A program made the position numbers and the translations under genes. The notes under the pieces were generated by a model. The model was given only the letters and a program-made list of their open reading frames with translations, had not been told where the DNA came from and searched no databases. A stretch of DNA of 64,000 nucleotides from Bacteroidales bacterium (GTDB lineage Bacteria > Bacteroidota > Bacteroidia > Bacteroidales > UBA1715): contig JAWOEL010000130.1 in NCBI GenBank assembly GCA_046482735.1, forward strand, positions 19,796 through 83,795, given 5' to 3'. This document shows, in pieces, positions 27,957-37,695 of this stretch; the stretch's first letter is position 1, and every line of letters begins with the position of its first letter.

Positions 27957-28042
27957 AAAAAACAGAAAAATCTCTGTTGGTTACTCTGCTACATAAGAAA
28001 ATATATGTAGTTTTACCATAAATTATAAAATTTTTCTTTATT

Positions 28043-28864
28043 ATGTCAACGGCAAATACAGTTTCTGCGAAAGTAGTCACTACACATGTTTTAAGTGAGA
28101 TGAAATTACGCAATGAAAAAATTGCAATGCTCACTGCATATGATTATTCAATGGCTCGCATACTTGACAACGCAGGTATAGATGTTATTCTGGTGGGAGA
28201 TTCTGCATCTAATGTTATGGCCGGAAATATTACAACCTTACCAATAACATTAGAACAAATGATATATCATGCAGCTTCGGTCCACAATGCAACTTCACGT
28301 GCACTGGTTGTTGTAGATTTACCATTTGGTTCATATCAAGGAAATTCTCTCGAAGCACTGCAATCTGCAATTCGGATTATGAAAGAAACAGGCTGCGGTG
28401 CTGTGAAATTAGAAGGTGGTATTGAAATTATAGATTCAGTAAAACGCATTATTTCCGCCGGAATCCCTATTATGGGGCATTTAGGTCTCATGCCCCAATC
28501 TATACATAAATTTGGCACTTACACAGTGAGAGCAAGACATGATGAGGAAGCTGAAAAATTAATAAGTGATGCAAAACTTTTGGAAGAAGCTGGTTGTTTT
28601 GCAGTTGTTCTCGAAAAAGTACCTGCTGACCTTGCAGGACGAATTTCACGCGAATTAAAAATTCCGGTAATCGGTATCGGAGCCGGATCTCAAGTCGATG
28701 GTCAAGTTTTGGTACTACACGATATGTTAGGTATCAATCAGGATTTTTCTCCCCGATTTTTACGAAGATATCATAATTTATATGCAGAAATTACCGGTTC
28801 AATAAATTCATACATTGAAGATGTGAAATCTTCCGATTTCCCGAACGAACGAGAACAATATTAA
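28043..28864 (+). CDS. panB: 3-methyl-2-oxobutanoate hydroxymethyltransferase
   Basis: MLTAYDY, VGDS, VKLEGG and GHLGLMPQS motifs. Confidence 0.9.
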   Translation: MSTANTVSAKVVTTHVLSEMKLRNEKIAMLTAYDYSMARILDNAGIDVILVGDSASNVMAGNITTLPITLEQMIYHAASVHNATSRALVVVDLPFGSYQGNSLEALQSAIRIMKETGCGAVKLEGGIEIIDSVKRIISAGIPIMGHLGLMPQSIHKFGTYTVRARHDEEAEKLISDAKLLEEAGCFAVVLEKVPADLAGRISRELKIPVIGIGAGSQVDGQVLVLHDMLGINQDFSPRFLRRYHNLYAEITGSINSYIEDVKSSDFPNEREQY

Positions 28865-28866
28865 AT

Positions 28867-29547
28867 ATGTTTACTGTTTTATATGAAGACAATCATGTAA
28901 TTGCTGTTGCTAAAGACAACAACACACTTGTTCATTCGGACAAAACCGGCGACCGTACTCTCGAAGATGAGGTTAAAGCATATATTAAAGAAAAATATAA
29001 CAAACCGGGCAACGTGTTTTTAGGTGTAATTCATCGTATAGACAGACCGGTAAGTGGTATTGTTCTTTTTTCCCGAACAAGCAAAGCTTTGGCACGTATG
29101 AACGAATTGTTTAAACAAAAAGCAATATCAAAATCATATTATGCAATAGTAGAAAACATACCTCAAAAACAAACAGATACACTCACTCATTTTATTAGCC
29201 GAAATACAAAAAAAAACAAATCATTTGTTTCTCAAAAACAAACAGCAAACAGCAAACAGGCATCTTTAAGTTATACACATATTGGTTCTTCAGAAAAATA
29301 CCATATACTCCAGGTTGATTTACATACTGGCAGACATCATCAAATACGGGCACAATTGGCTCATATAGGTTGTTGTATAAAAGGTGATTTGAAATATGGT
29401 GCTCGACGCAGCAATCCAAACGGCGGCATCTCATTGCACGCATACTCTGTATCTTTTACTCATCCGGTATCGAAAGAGAAATTACATATTACTGCACCTT
29501 TTCCGGACGATACTCTTTGGAACGAATTTAGAAAATTAGTACTGTAA
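28867..29547 (+). CDS. RluA-family RNA pseudouridine synthase (no S4 domain)
   Basis: HRIDRPVSG catalytic-Asp motif and GRHHQIRAQLA. Confidence 0.8.
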   Translation: MFTVLYEDNHVIAVAKDNNTLVHSDKTGDRTLEDEVKAYIKEKYNKPGNVFLGVIHRIDRPVSGIVLFSRTSKALARMNELFKQKAISKSYYAIVENIPQKQTDTLTHFISRNTKKNKSFVSQKQTANSKQASLSYTHIGSSEKYHILQVDLHTGRHHQIRAQLAHIGCCIKGDLKYGARRSNPNGGISLHAYSVSFTHPVSKEKLHITAPFPDDTLWNEFRKLVL

Positions 29548-29678
29548 ATATGTCCTGCTTATTCTGTATTATATTACAATAGAAATGCAATGTTGTACTC
29601 AAAAGCATTATATAAAAAAACCTTGCCTTAGATATAAATAGAAATATCGGATTATCCGGCATTTCTAAGCATGGCACA

Positions 29679-32333
29679 TTACACCACGATATTTATTATT
29701 TTCCCTGGCACAACAATAACTTTTTTCGGTGTCCCTGCTAACCATTTTTGAGCTCGCTCATCAGATAAAGCAGCTTTTTCGATCTCATCTTTAGACAATT
29801 TTTTCGGTAATTCAAGTTCGAAACGTTTTTTTCCGTTAAATGACACAGGATACACAACTGCATCATCCTCCATTTTGCTCGTATCATATGCAGGCCAATC
29901 TTCGGACGTTAACGAATGAGTGCCACCATACATTTCCCATAACTCTTCGGCAAGGTGAGGAGCAAAAGGATGGAGTACTTTGGCAAAAACAGAAGCAGTA
30001 TCCTGACTCACCTTCCCAACTTTATAACATGCATTGGTAAACATCATCATTTGAGAAATTGCTGTATTAAAGTGTAATTGATTAATATCATCCTCAACTT
30101 TTTTAATTGTACGATGTAATGCTTTTACCACAGCAGCATCATCCTTATACCCGGCAACAACACATTCCTCATGAGCAAAAAACCTATACACTCTGGCAAG
30201 AAAATTAAACACCCCTTTCACACCACTATCTGTCCAAGGTTTTGTTGCATCGAGCGGTCCCATAAACATTTCATACAAACGTAAACTATCTGCTCCATAT
30301 TTTTCAATAACATCATCCGGATTAACCACATTTTTAAGTGATTTTGACATTTTCGCCACTATTTGTTTAAGCTTTTCACCGGTTTGAATATGGAAAAATT
30401 CACCATCTTTTTCTTCAACCATATCCGAAGCGACTTTTGACCCATTTTGAGTTTCATACGCAAACGCCAAAATCATTCCCTGATTATATAATTTTTGATA
30501 TGGTTCATCGGTAGAAACATACCCTAAATCAAACAGAACTTTATGCCAAAACCGACTATATAATAAGTGCAGAACAGCATGTTCAGCACCACCAATATAT
30601 AAATCTACGGGCATCCAGTAATTTTCTAATACAGAATCAAAAGGTTTCTCATCATTTTGAGGATCAATATATCGTAAATAATACCAACATGAACCAGCCC
30701 ATTGTGGCATAGTATTAGTTTCGTATCTTCCTTTGCGTCCATTTTCATCTGTCACATGCAACCAGTCTGTCGCATGTGTTAAAGGAGATTCACCATTTTC
30801 ACCTGGTTCATACTTTTCAAGATTAGGCAAAGTATGAGGAAGATCAGATTCATCAATCATTGTTATCTCACCATCGTCCCAGTGAATTACCGGAAATGGT
30901 TCACCCCAGTACCGTTGACGACTAAATAACCAATCGCGAATTTTATAATTCACTGTAGCCTTGCCAATTCCCTTTTCTTCAAGCCACTGAATAACAGTAT
31001 CTATGCCATCTTGTGTGTTTTTTCCATTTATATCTATACCTAAATCAGGATTAGCTGAATGTATATATTCGCCATCATCTGCCCAGCATGCTTCACCTTT
31101 TTGTACTTTCTCACGTGTTTCCGCATCAGCACTTACAGGATCCAGAATGCACGTTACCGGAATATTAAATGTTTGTGCAAATTCGAAGTCACGTGCATCA
31201 TGAGCAGGTACAGCCATAATAGCACCGGTACCATATCCCATAAGCACATAATCTGCAACCCATATAGGTATTTCGGTATTTGTAAGCGGGTTTATTGCAT
31301 ACTGACCAGTAAATACACCGGTTTTTTCTTTTGCTAATTCAGTCCTATCCAAATCTGACTTTAATGCTGCCTGATGTACATATTCAGCAACTGCATCTTT
31401 ATATTCCGGTGTTACAATAGTTTCCACAAGAGGGTGCTCGGGTGCCACAACCATATATGTAGCACCAAACAGAGTATCAGGACGAGTTGTGTACACAGTT
31501 AATTTACCCAAACCATGAGCAATAGAAAAATCCACCTCTGCACCAGTTGAACGACCAATCCAGTTTCTTTGCATATCTTTAACACCTTCGGGCCAATCAA
31601 CATTGTCAAGTCCATCTAATAATCGTTCGGCATAATGTGGTATACGCAACATCCACTGTTTAAGGTTCTTTTTAGAAACAACACTACCACATTTCTCATG
31701 TGTTCCATCAGTTAACACCTCTTCGTTTGCACACACAGTTTTACAACTGGCACACCACCATACTTGAGCATTATCGTAATATGCCAGGCGTTTAGAATCT
31801 ATATATTCTCTAACAGCCTCATCTCCTTGCAGAGAGACCTCCTCGGGCACATCAAGTTCAGAAATCGGTCGTCCTTTTTGTAAATCTGTATCGAACCACG
31901 TATTATATAATTGAATAAAAATCCATTGCGTCCATGTATAATATTTAGGATCTGTTGTGTTTATTTCCTTATCCCAATCATAACTCAAACCTAAAGCCTT
32001 TATTTGACGACGAAAAGTGTCGCAATTTTTTTGCGTAGTTATTGATGGATGTGTTCCAGTTTGCATGGCATACTGCTCTGCAGGCAAACCAAAAGCATCC
32101 CATCCCATCGGATGAAGAACATTAAATCCCTTCATACGTTTATACCGACTTACTATATCAGACGCCGTATACCCTTCGGGATGACCAACATGTAATCCCG
32201 AACCCGATGGATATGGAAACATGTCTAATGCATAAAATTTTGGTTTCGACATATCTGTACCAGTTTTGAAGGTTTGGTTTTCCTCCCAGTACGATTGCCA
32301 TTTTTGCTCTATCTTTGTAAAATTATACTCCAT
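29679..32333 (-). CDS. leuS: Leucine--tRNA ligase
   Basis: PYPSGSGLHVGHPEGY (HIGH region), KMSKSLKN (KMSKS) and overall LeuS collinearity. Confidence 0.95.
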   Translation of the reverse strand: MEYNFTKIEQKWQSYWEENQTFKTGTDMSKPKFYALDMFPYPSGSGLHVGHPEGYTASDIVSRYKRMKGFNVLHPMGWDAFGLPAEQYAMQTGTHPSITTQKNCDTFRRQIKALGLSYDWDKEINTTDPKYYTWTQWIFIQLYNTWFDTDLQKGRPISELDVPEEVSLQGDEAVREYIDSKRLAYYDNAQVWWCASCKTVCANEEVLTDGTHEKCGSVVSKKNLKQWMLRIPHYAERLLDGLDNVDWPEGVKDMQRNWIGRSTGAEVDFSIAHGLGKLTVYTTRPDTLFGATYMVVAPEHPLVETIVTPEYKDAVAEYVHQAALKSDLDRTELAKEKTGVFTGQYAINPLTNTEIPIWVADYVLMGYGTGAIMAVPAHDARDFEFAQTFNIPVTCILDPVSADAETREKVQKGEACWADDGEYIHSANPDLGIDINGKNTQDGIDTVIQWLEEKGIGKATVNYKIRDWLFSRQRYWGEPFPVIHWDDGEITMIDESDLPHTLPNLEKYEPGENGESPLTHATDWLHVTDENGRKGRYETNTMPQWAGSCWYYLRYIDPQNDEKPFDSVLENYWMPVDLYIGGAEHAVLHLLYSRFWHKVLFDLGYVSTDEPYQKLYNQGMILAFAYETQNGSKVASDMVEEKDGEFFHIQTGEKLKQIVAKMSKSLKNVVNPDDVIEKYGADSLRLYEMFMGPLDATKPWTDSGVKGVFNFLARVYRFFAHEECVVAGYKDDAAVVKALHRTIKKVEDDINQLHFNTAISQMMMFTNACYKVGKVSQDTASVFAKVLHPFAPHLAEELWEMYGGTHSLTSEDWPAYDTSKMEDDAVVYPVSFNGKKRFELELPKKLSKDEIEKAALSDERAQKWLAGTPKKVIVVPGKIINIVV

Positions 32334-32565
32334 AATTACTTCTGTGAAATTAATCTACGAAATTAGAAAAAAAAATCAGAATTTGCCCGCTATTTTACAT
32401 GTTTTTATATAGATTTATACAGTCTTTAAACGAGCACACACATGGTTATCATATTCTAATACAGATACGCTATCTCCATAAACCAAAATCAAAATATTTT
32501 ATACAAAAAACCCACATTATACATACACACTTTTGGAGATACCGCCAAAAAATCATTATAAAAAA

Positions 32566-34005
32566 TTACCGCAAGACCGGAATAAGTATATATACACGTG
32601 TGCCGACTCCTCTCTTTGATTCGATAAACATAGAACCGCCGGCATTATGCACAAGCCCCTTACAAATAGCAAGTCCGGCACCAATACCCGAAAAAGAACG
32701 AGTATCATCTTGATTACCTTGTCTAAAATATTCAAAAATAACAGTAAGTTGATTTAAAGGAATACCAGCCCCAGTATCAGAAATTACTATTTCAAACATT
32801 TCATCTGCATTAATTTTACAGGCAACTCCTATTTGCCCCTCATTAGTATATTTCACTGCATTATCAACCACATGCTTTAGTACCGTAAACAAATCAACTG
32901 AACCAATAGAAACACTAAAAGCATTTTTCTCATCTGACTGAATACTAAAATATAAATCCTTATGATATTTGTTTAGTTTCTCATATATAAGCTCCTGAAC
33001 TTTTCGCATAAATACCGTATGCGAAATTATACAAACAGCAGACTCTAATCGTTTGGTTTCAATTTCAGCCAAGGTTAAAATATTTGTAACGATTTCCAAC
33101 AAAGTATTCGTATTCTCCTCTATTGTATTATAATAGAGTTCGCGTTTCTCGGCATCCGGATTTTTCAATAATAATTGACTGAATCCCATAATAGCCGTGA
33201 GAGGAGTCCGTATTTCATGCGAAATAGTAGATAAAAATTTCGACTTAATCTGATTATGCTCCTCAGCTTTTTCTTTTGATTGTTCCAATTCATTATTTAC
33301 AAGTTGCAACTGCCGCGTACGCTCTTCCACAATATGTTCCAACTCGTTTTGCAAATTATAGTACGCATGATTTTTTTGAATCAATTCATATTGAATCTTA
33401 AAACTTTTACGATCAGAAAACTCGAAAAAATAAGCAGCATAAGCACTAAAAGTGAATCCAATAGTAAGAAAAAAAACTATAACCAACGCTTCGGTATGTA
33501 CCTGCGAAAATGCAAATAATATATATATCATGCTAATTATATATAAAAAAAACATGCTATACATTGTTCTGACAAATCTAATTCGAACCAGATTGAACGA
33601 ATAAATATACAAAACCAAAATCCCTAACAATGAACCCGACAACAACTCTTCTGTCGTAAAAAGATACACATATAAAAAACTCACCCCGACCCCAACCAAT
33701 AAAACCGAATACAACATATGATTATACTGTTGGATACGCTTACTATAAGATAATGCAAGAATACTTACACACGTAGGAATAGTAATGCAAAAGCGCACCA
33801 CATTCACATCAAAAGCCGGCTGAGATATAACATAATCTAAAACCGCATACATTGCATACATACATATACCCAAAATAAGAGAAAACCTATTTGCACCAAT
33901 AAACCTCTCATTATACGCTTTTCGATATGCAGCTTCAAGATTTTCGTCCCGAAACGAAAGTGTAAACGAATGCATATACCGATATTCAGGAACCGAAAAA
34001 ATCAT
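32566..34005 (-). CDS. Membrane sensor histidine kinase (about 6 TM + HisKA + HATPase_c), no cognate regulator adjacent
   Basis: H-box SHEIRTPLTAIMGF, N-box VDNAVKYT, G1 DTGAGI, G2 GIGAGLAICK. The track start 34011 is a GTG; the first ATG is at 34005. Confidence 0.85.
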   Translation of the reverse strand: MIFSVPEYRYMHSFTLSFRDENLEAAYRKAYNERFIGANRFSLILGICMYAMYAVLDYVISQPAFDVNVVRFCITIPTCVSILALSYSKRIQQYNHMLYSVLLVGVGVSFLYVYLFTTEELLSGSLLGILVLYIYSFNLVRIRFVRTMYSMFFLYIISMIYILFAFSQVHTEALVIVFFLTIGFTFSAYAAYFFEFSDRKSFKIQYELIQKNHAYYNLQNELEHIVEERTRQLQLVNNELEQSKEKAEEHNQIKSKFLSTISHEIRTPLTAIMGFSQLLLKNPDAEKRELYYNTIEENTNTLLEIVTNILTLAEIETKRLESAVCIISHTVFMRKVQELIYEKLNKYHKDLYFSIQSDEKNAFSVSIGSVDLFTVLKHVVDNAVKYTNEGQIGVACKINADEMFEIVISDTGAGIPLNQLTVIFEYFRQGNQDDTRSFSGIGAGLAICKGLVHNAGGSMFIESKRGVGTRVYILIPVLR

Positions 34006-34017
34006 ACACACACATAA

Positions 34018-34701
34018 TTATCTATTCTGATACTGCAATATTGCCTCAGCTATTGCAATATCACAAGGGTGAGTTATTTTAATATTATATTGATCGCCTT
34101 CACAAACATAAAGAAGATTTCCTGCCCGTTCATAGACCGACGCATCATCGGTAAAAGCATCAGAAAATTTTTGTTTATACGAATCTCTGAGAAGACGAGC
34201 TTGAAAAAATTGCGGTGTTTGAACCCGCTTTACAAGTGTTCTATCAATTGGCGTGAACGATTCACCTTTACACATACGCAAAGAATCCACACTGTCGACA
34301 ATTGGCACAACACCACCAAAATCGACAGCCATACCATACCCCCGCTCTAATAATTCACGAGTAACACAAGGACGCACACCATCATGAACAGCAACAACAC
34401 TATCATTAGAAACAAAGTTTAAACCATTTTGTACAGAAAAAAACCGTTCTGATCCGCCATACACAACACGATGAGGTATACGAAAATTATACTGTTCACA
34501 CAACCTCGCCCACGTTTCACTATGCAATTGAGGCAACACTACAAGTATTGAGACCTTAGAATCATACTCATAAAACGCCTGTATACTGTGCATTAACACA
34601 GGCACCCCCTGCACACACAAAAACTGTTTCGGCATCTCACTATTCATACGTAATCCCTTACCACCTGCTACGATTATAGCATATTTAGGAATTTTTTTCA
34701 T
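34018..34701 (-). CDS. ispD: 2-C-methyl-D-erythritol 4-phosphate cytidylyltransferase
   Basis: IIVAGGKGLRM, VAVHDGVRP and VQTPQ. Confidence 0.85.
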   Translation of the reverse strand: MKKIPKYAIIVAGGKGLRMNSEMPKQFLCVQGVPVLMHSIQAFYEYDSKVSILVVLPQLHSETWARLCEQYNFRIPHRVVYGGSERFFSVQNGLNFVSNDSVVAVHDGVRPCVTRELLERGYGMAVDFGGVVPIVDSVDSLRMCKGESFTPIDRTLVKRVQTPQFFQARLLRDSYKQKFSDAFTDDASVYERAGNLLYVCEGDQYNIKITHPCDIAIAEAILQYQNR

Positions 34702-36140
34702 TATTTTAATCCAAGTTGAAGACTACTTGATTGTAATTTATTATATAATTCAATAGCCTGGTTATCGGTCATTCCAGCAATATAGTCGCACACTATACGC
34801 TTTCTGCTCATTTCATTTTTGGCATGATTAAACAATACCAAAATATCAGTAGGTAATAAATCCGCACCGTGATTCTTATCGGTTAAAGCATCAAAAAGCG
34901 TAGCAACAATTTCTTGTCCACGATGTTTTATTAACTTTACATTTGGATGCGTAACCCGTGAATGATACATAAAATTTTTGAGTGCCTCGATTTCCAATCG
35001 TATATTTTCCGACATGGTAATTTTACTCAAAGCAGGAATAGTTTCAACAATTTTACCCATCTCAATACTTCGAATAAAGCGTCCAATTAATTTCGAAATA
35101 AAATTCACTCTATAATAACCATTCAAAGCAAGTTTTTCCGAACTACGATAGGAAATAGCCAACGAAGTAGCATACACAGCCTGATCTTGCTCATCGGTTA
35201 ACTCTTCATTAGTATGAATCGGTTTTGCAAACAAATCCTGAAACAACGACAAAAACACATCATAAATTTCACTCGGTTTATACGAAGCATTAAGATTTTC
35301 ATTTATTTTTTCAGTAATATTCTTTAACACAATATCACTCATTGAAATAACATCTAACGGTTTCACAAATCCCGTACGAAACGCATCGTCTATGTCGTAT
35401 GTAGCATAGGCAATATCACTTGCTATGTCAAGAATTTGAGCCTCAATAGTTTTGAAGTTTTTATAATCAGGGTTACCAGTACACGTTTTTTTAATTTCCC
35501 GCACATAATGAGCCTCACTTTCATAAAACCCCTTCACCAATTTCACATTTTGTTCATCATCAAAATCAAGCTTTTCCGGAATACAATTATCATGTTTAAG
35601 AACCGAAGCCAATGAACGATACGTTAAATTAAGTCCGACCCGTAAATCATCCCCCTCTTTGGTAAGACCAGTATCAAGCACCGTCCCGGGAATATAATGT
35701 TTTTTTGCAATTTTAGTTAACACACGAAAGGTTTGAGCATTCCCCTCAAAACCACCAGAATCCTTCATTTTCAAATGCAAGGCCATTTCTCCATATTTAG
35801 CAAACGGCGGCCGACCTATATCATGAGCAAGTGCAGCAAATTCACAAATTTTTTCGTTTATATTATATTGCAAGCCCTCACGTGCCAACTCATAATTAAG
35901 CTTTTCCACAATAGATTTGGCAACCTGTGAAACCTCAAGAGAATGCGAAATACGATTTCTAAAAAACTCTGTTTGCAAATTAGGCAGTAACTGACTTTTG
36001 CCTTGCAAATTTTTAAATGCACGACAATGTATTAACCGAGCCAAATCGCGAGACCACTCAGAACGATATGGTTCTTCAATCAAATTATCATCTTTACCTA
36101 AGGCATAAAACCGTTTGGTATCCTTATCAGTATATAGCAT
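34701..36140 (-). CDS. dgt: dGTP triphosphohydrolase-like HD-domain protein
   Basis: RNRISHSLEVSQVA and LAHDIGRPPF (HD motif), with dGTPase-family length and layout. 1-nt overlap with ispD. Confidence 0.8.
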   Translation of the reverse strand: MLYTDKDTKRFYALGKDDNLIEEPYRSEWSRDLARLIHCRAFKNLQGKSQLLPNLQTEFFRNRISHSLEVSQVAKSIVEKLNYELAREGLQYNINEKICEFAALAHDIGRPPFAKYGEMALHLKMKDSGGFEGNAQTFRVLTKIAKKHYIPGTVLDTGLTKEGDDLRVGLNLTYRSLASVLKHDNCIPEKLDFDDEQNVKLVKGFYESEAHYVREIKKTCTGNPDYKNFKTIEAQILDIASDIAYATYDIDDAFRTGFVKPLDVISMSDIVLKNITEKINENLNASYKPSEIYDVFLSLFQDLFAKPIHTNEELTDEQDQAVYATSLAISYRSSEKLALNGYYRVNFISKLIGRFIRSIEMGKIVETIPALSKITMSENIRLEIEALKNFMYHSRVTHPNVKLIKHRGQEIVATLFDALTDKNHGADLLPTDILVLFNHAKNEMSRKRIVCDYIAGMTDNQAIELYNKLQSSSLQLGLK

Positions 36141-36146
36141 AAATTA

Positions 36147-36293
36147 TTATTTTTTTGTTACGTTAATCATTCCCTTTTGAGAATCAAGATTACATACTAC
36201 ATCTTTTTTTAACACGGTAGGAATATTTGCATGTTTAATTACTTTTCCGCGCACATCCGAAAAAATAGTATGAATTCGTTTAGAATTAGGCAT
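36147..36293 (-). CDS. Possible small protein (48 aa), not in the ORF track (<60 aa)
   Basis: ATG at 36293 through TAA at 36147: MPNSKRIHTIFSDVRGKVIKHANIPTVLKKDVVCNLDSQKGMINVTKK. It ends 6 nt before the dgt start. I recognise no family. Confidence 0.3.
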   Translation of the reverse strand: MPNSKRIHTIFSDVRGKVIKHANIPTVLKKDVVCNLDSQKGMINVTKK

Positions 36294-36573
36294 AATTAAT
36301 ATTTTTAAATTGATTAATTCAGATAAAATTATAAAACTTTACGTAAAGCTACTAATTTTTTTGAAAAATAGCTGTTTTTCATATCCTATACAAATATTTT
36401 TACTATTCAGTTTATCATTCAGCACGAATAAAAACACCCTCGTATTGCGAGCAAACACAGCATATTCTCACAAAAACAAGCAATAATCCTCCGCATCTGA
36501 AATAGAAATCATATTGAAAATAAAAACGCTAAAAATAATTAAACAAATACTAGAGAAATAAAAAATTGTTAGC

Positions 36574-36581
36574 TATTTTTG
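36574..36581 (+). promoter_or_regulatory. Candidate -7 element (TATTTTTG) for the glucosaminidase/LysM gene
   Basis: TAnnTTTG match 26 nt upstream of the ATG at 36607. No clear -33 TTTG. Confidence 0.35.
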
Positions 36582-36606
36582 TGAAAGAAAATCAAATTCA
36601 TAGTTC

Positions 36607-37617
36607 ATGAAAAAAATCATTCTATTTTCACTTATATCATGTTGGTGCATGAGTCTTTTTTCACAAAAACTCACACGAGAACAATATATAAAACAATATG
36701 CCCCCTTAGCCATAGAAGAAATGGAAAGAACCGGCATTCCTGCAAGTATAACACTAGCCCAAGCATGTTTGGAATCTTCAAACGGCAACAGTGATTTGGC
36801 AGTTGCCGCAAACAACCATTTTGGTATAAAATGCCACAGCTCATGGAAAGGAAAAAAAATCCATAAAGACGACGACGAAAAAGATGAATGCTTTCGCGTA
36901 TACAGTTCGATATATGAATCATATAAAGACCATTCAAGATTTTTAGTAAACGGTAAACGCTATGCATTTTTATTTGAATTAAACCCTACCGACTATAAAA
37001 AATGGGCCAAAGGACTCAGAAAAGCAGGATATGCAACCAATCCTCAATACCCACGCATGCTCATTCGAATAATTGAAGAACATGAATTATACAAATATGA
37101 CAATCCGGAAAAATACGACATAGAACCCGGCAGTATAGAAGAAGAAAAAACACTAGCAGACATATTTAACTTCTCACGCAAACCATTAGAGAATGCACCC
37201 GACCCAACAGTTGAAACACCCGATTTAGGTGAGTTAAAACCAATAGAAAACAGATTTAATAAAAGTATTTATAGAAACAATAAAACAAAATGTATTTTTA
37301 TTCAAAACGAAGAAACGATATTTACAATATCGCAAAAATTTGGCATTCCGGTATGGAAACTCTACCACTTTAATGACTTTGAAGCCGGTCACCCTATAGA
37401 AAACGGCGACATAATTTATCTCGAGAAAAAAAGACGTCAGGCAGAAAAACCCTATTATACACACACCGTTCAAAAAGGAGAAAATATTCGTTCAATTTCT
37501 CAATTATATGGTGTAAGAGCCAAGAAAATTGCCAAAATGAATCGTCGCGACATTGACGATGACATTTCGGAAGGAACTAATATTTATTTACGAAAAAATT
37601 TGATTATGTTTGAATAA
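36607..37617 (+). CDS. Exported N-acetylglucosaminidase-domain peptidoglycan hydrolase with two LysM domains
   Basis: Signal peptide. ITLAQACLESSNGNSDLAVAANNHFGIKC (glucosaminidase domain). LysM-like TISQKFGIPVWKLYHFN and HTVQKGENIRSISQLYGV. Confidence 0.8.
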   Translation: MKKIILFSLISCWCMSLFSQKLTREQYIKQYAPLAIEEMERTGIPASITLAQACLESSNGNSDLAVAANNHFGIKCHSSWKGKKIHKDDDEKDECFRVYSSIYESYKDHSRFLVNGKRYAFLFELNPTDYKKWAKGLRKAGYATNPQYPRMLIRIIEEHELYKYDNPEKYDIEPGSIEEEKTLADIFNFSRKPLENAPDPTVETPDLGELKPIENRFNKSIYRNNKTKCIFIQNEETIFTISQKFGIPVWKLYHFNDFEAGHPIENGDIIYLEKKRRQAEKPYYTHTVQKGENIRSISQLYGVRAKKIAKMNRRDIDDDISEGTNIYLRKNLIMFE

Positions 37618-37656
37618 TTTGCTTAAAGATTTTCATATTCAAACCAATAAACATTA

Positions 37657-37664
37657 TATCTTTG
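37657..37664 (+). promoter_or_regulatory. Candidate -7 element (TATCTTTG) upstream of purH-mre operon
   Basis: TAnnTTTG match 32 nt upstream of the purH ATG. The -33 is imperfect (TTTC). Confidence 0.35.
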
Positions 37665-37695
37665 CAAAAGATAAATATTTTAAACAAAAATACAC

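Noticed and set aside
29840-31337. Three + strand ORFs (66-92 aa) inside leuS
   Set aside because: They are antisense to leuS, which has HIGH and KMSKS motifs in the minus frame.
34701-36140. dGTPase-like gene as an anti-phage dNTP-depletion defence system
   Set aside because: It overlaps ispD by 1 nt within a housekeeping string. It has no flanking mobile or defence genes and looks like the ordinary Bacteroidota dgt-like paralogue. Nothing in the sequence distinguishes it as a defence variant.
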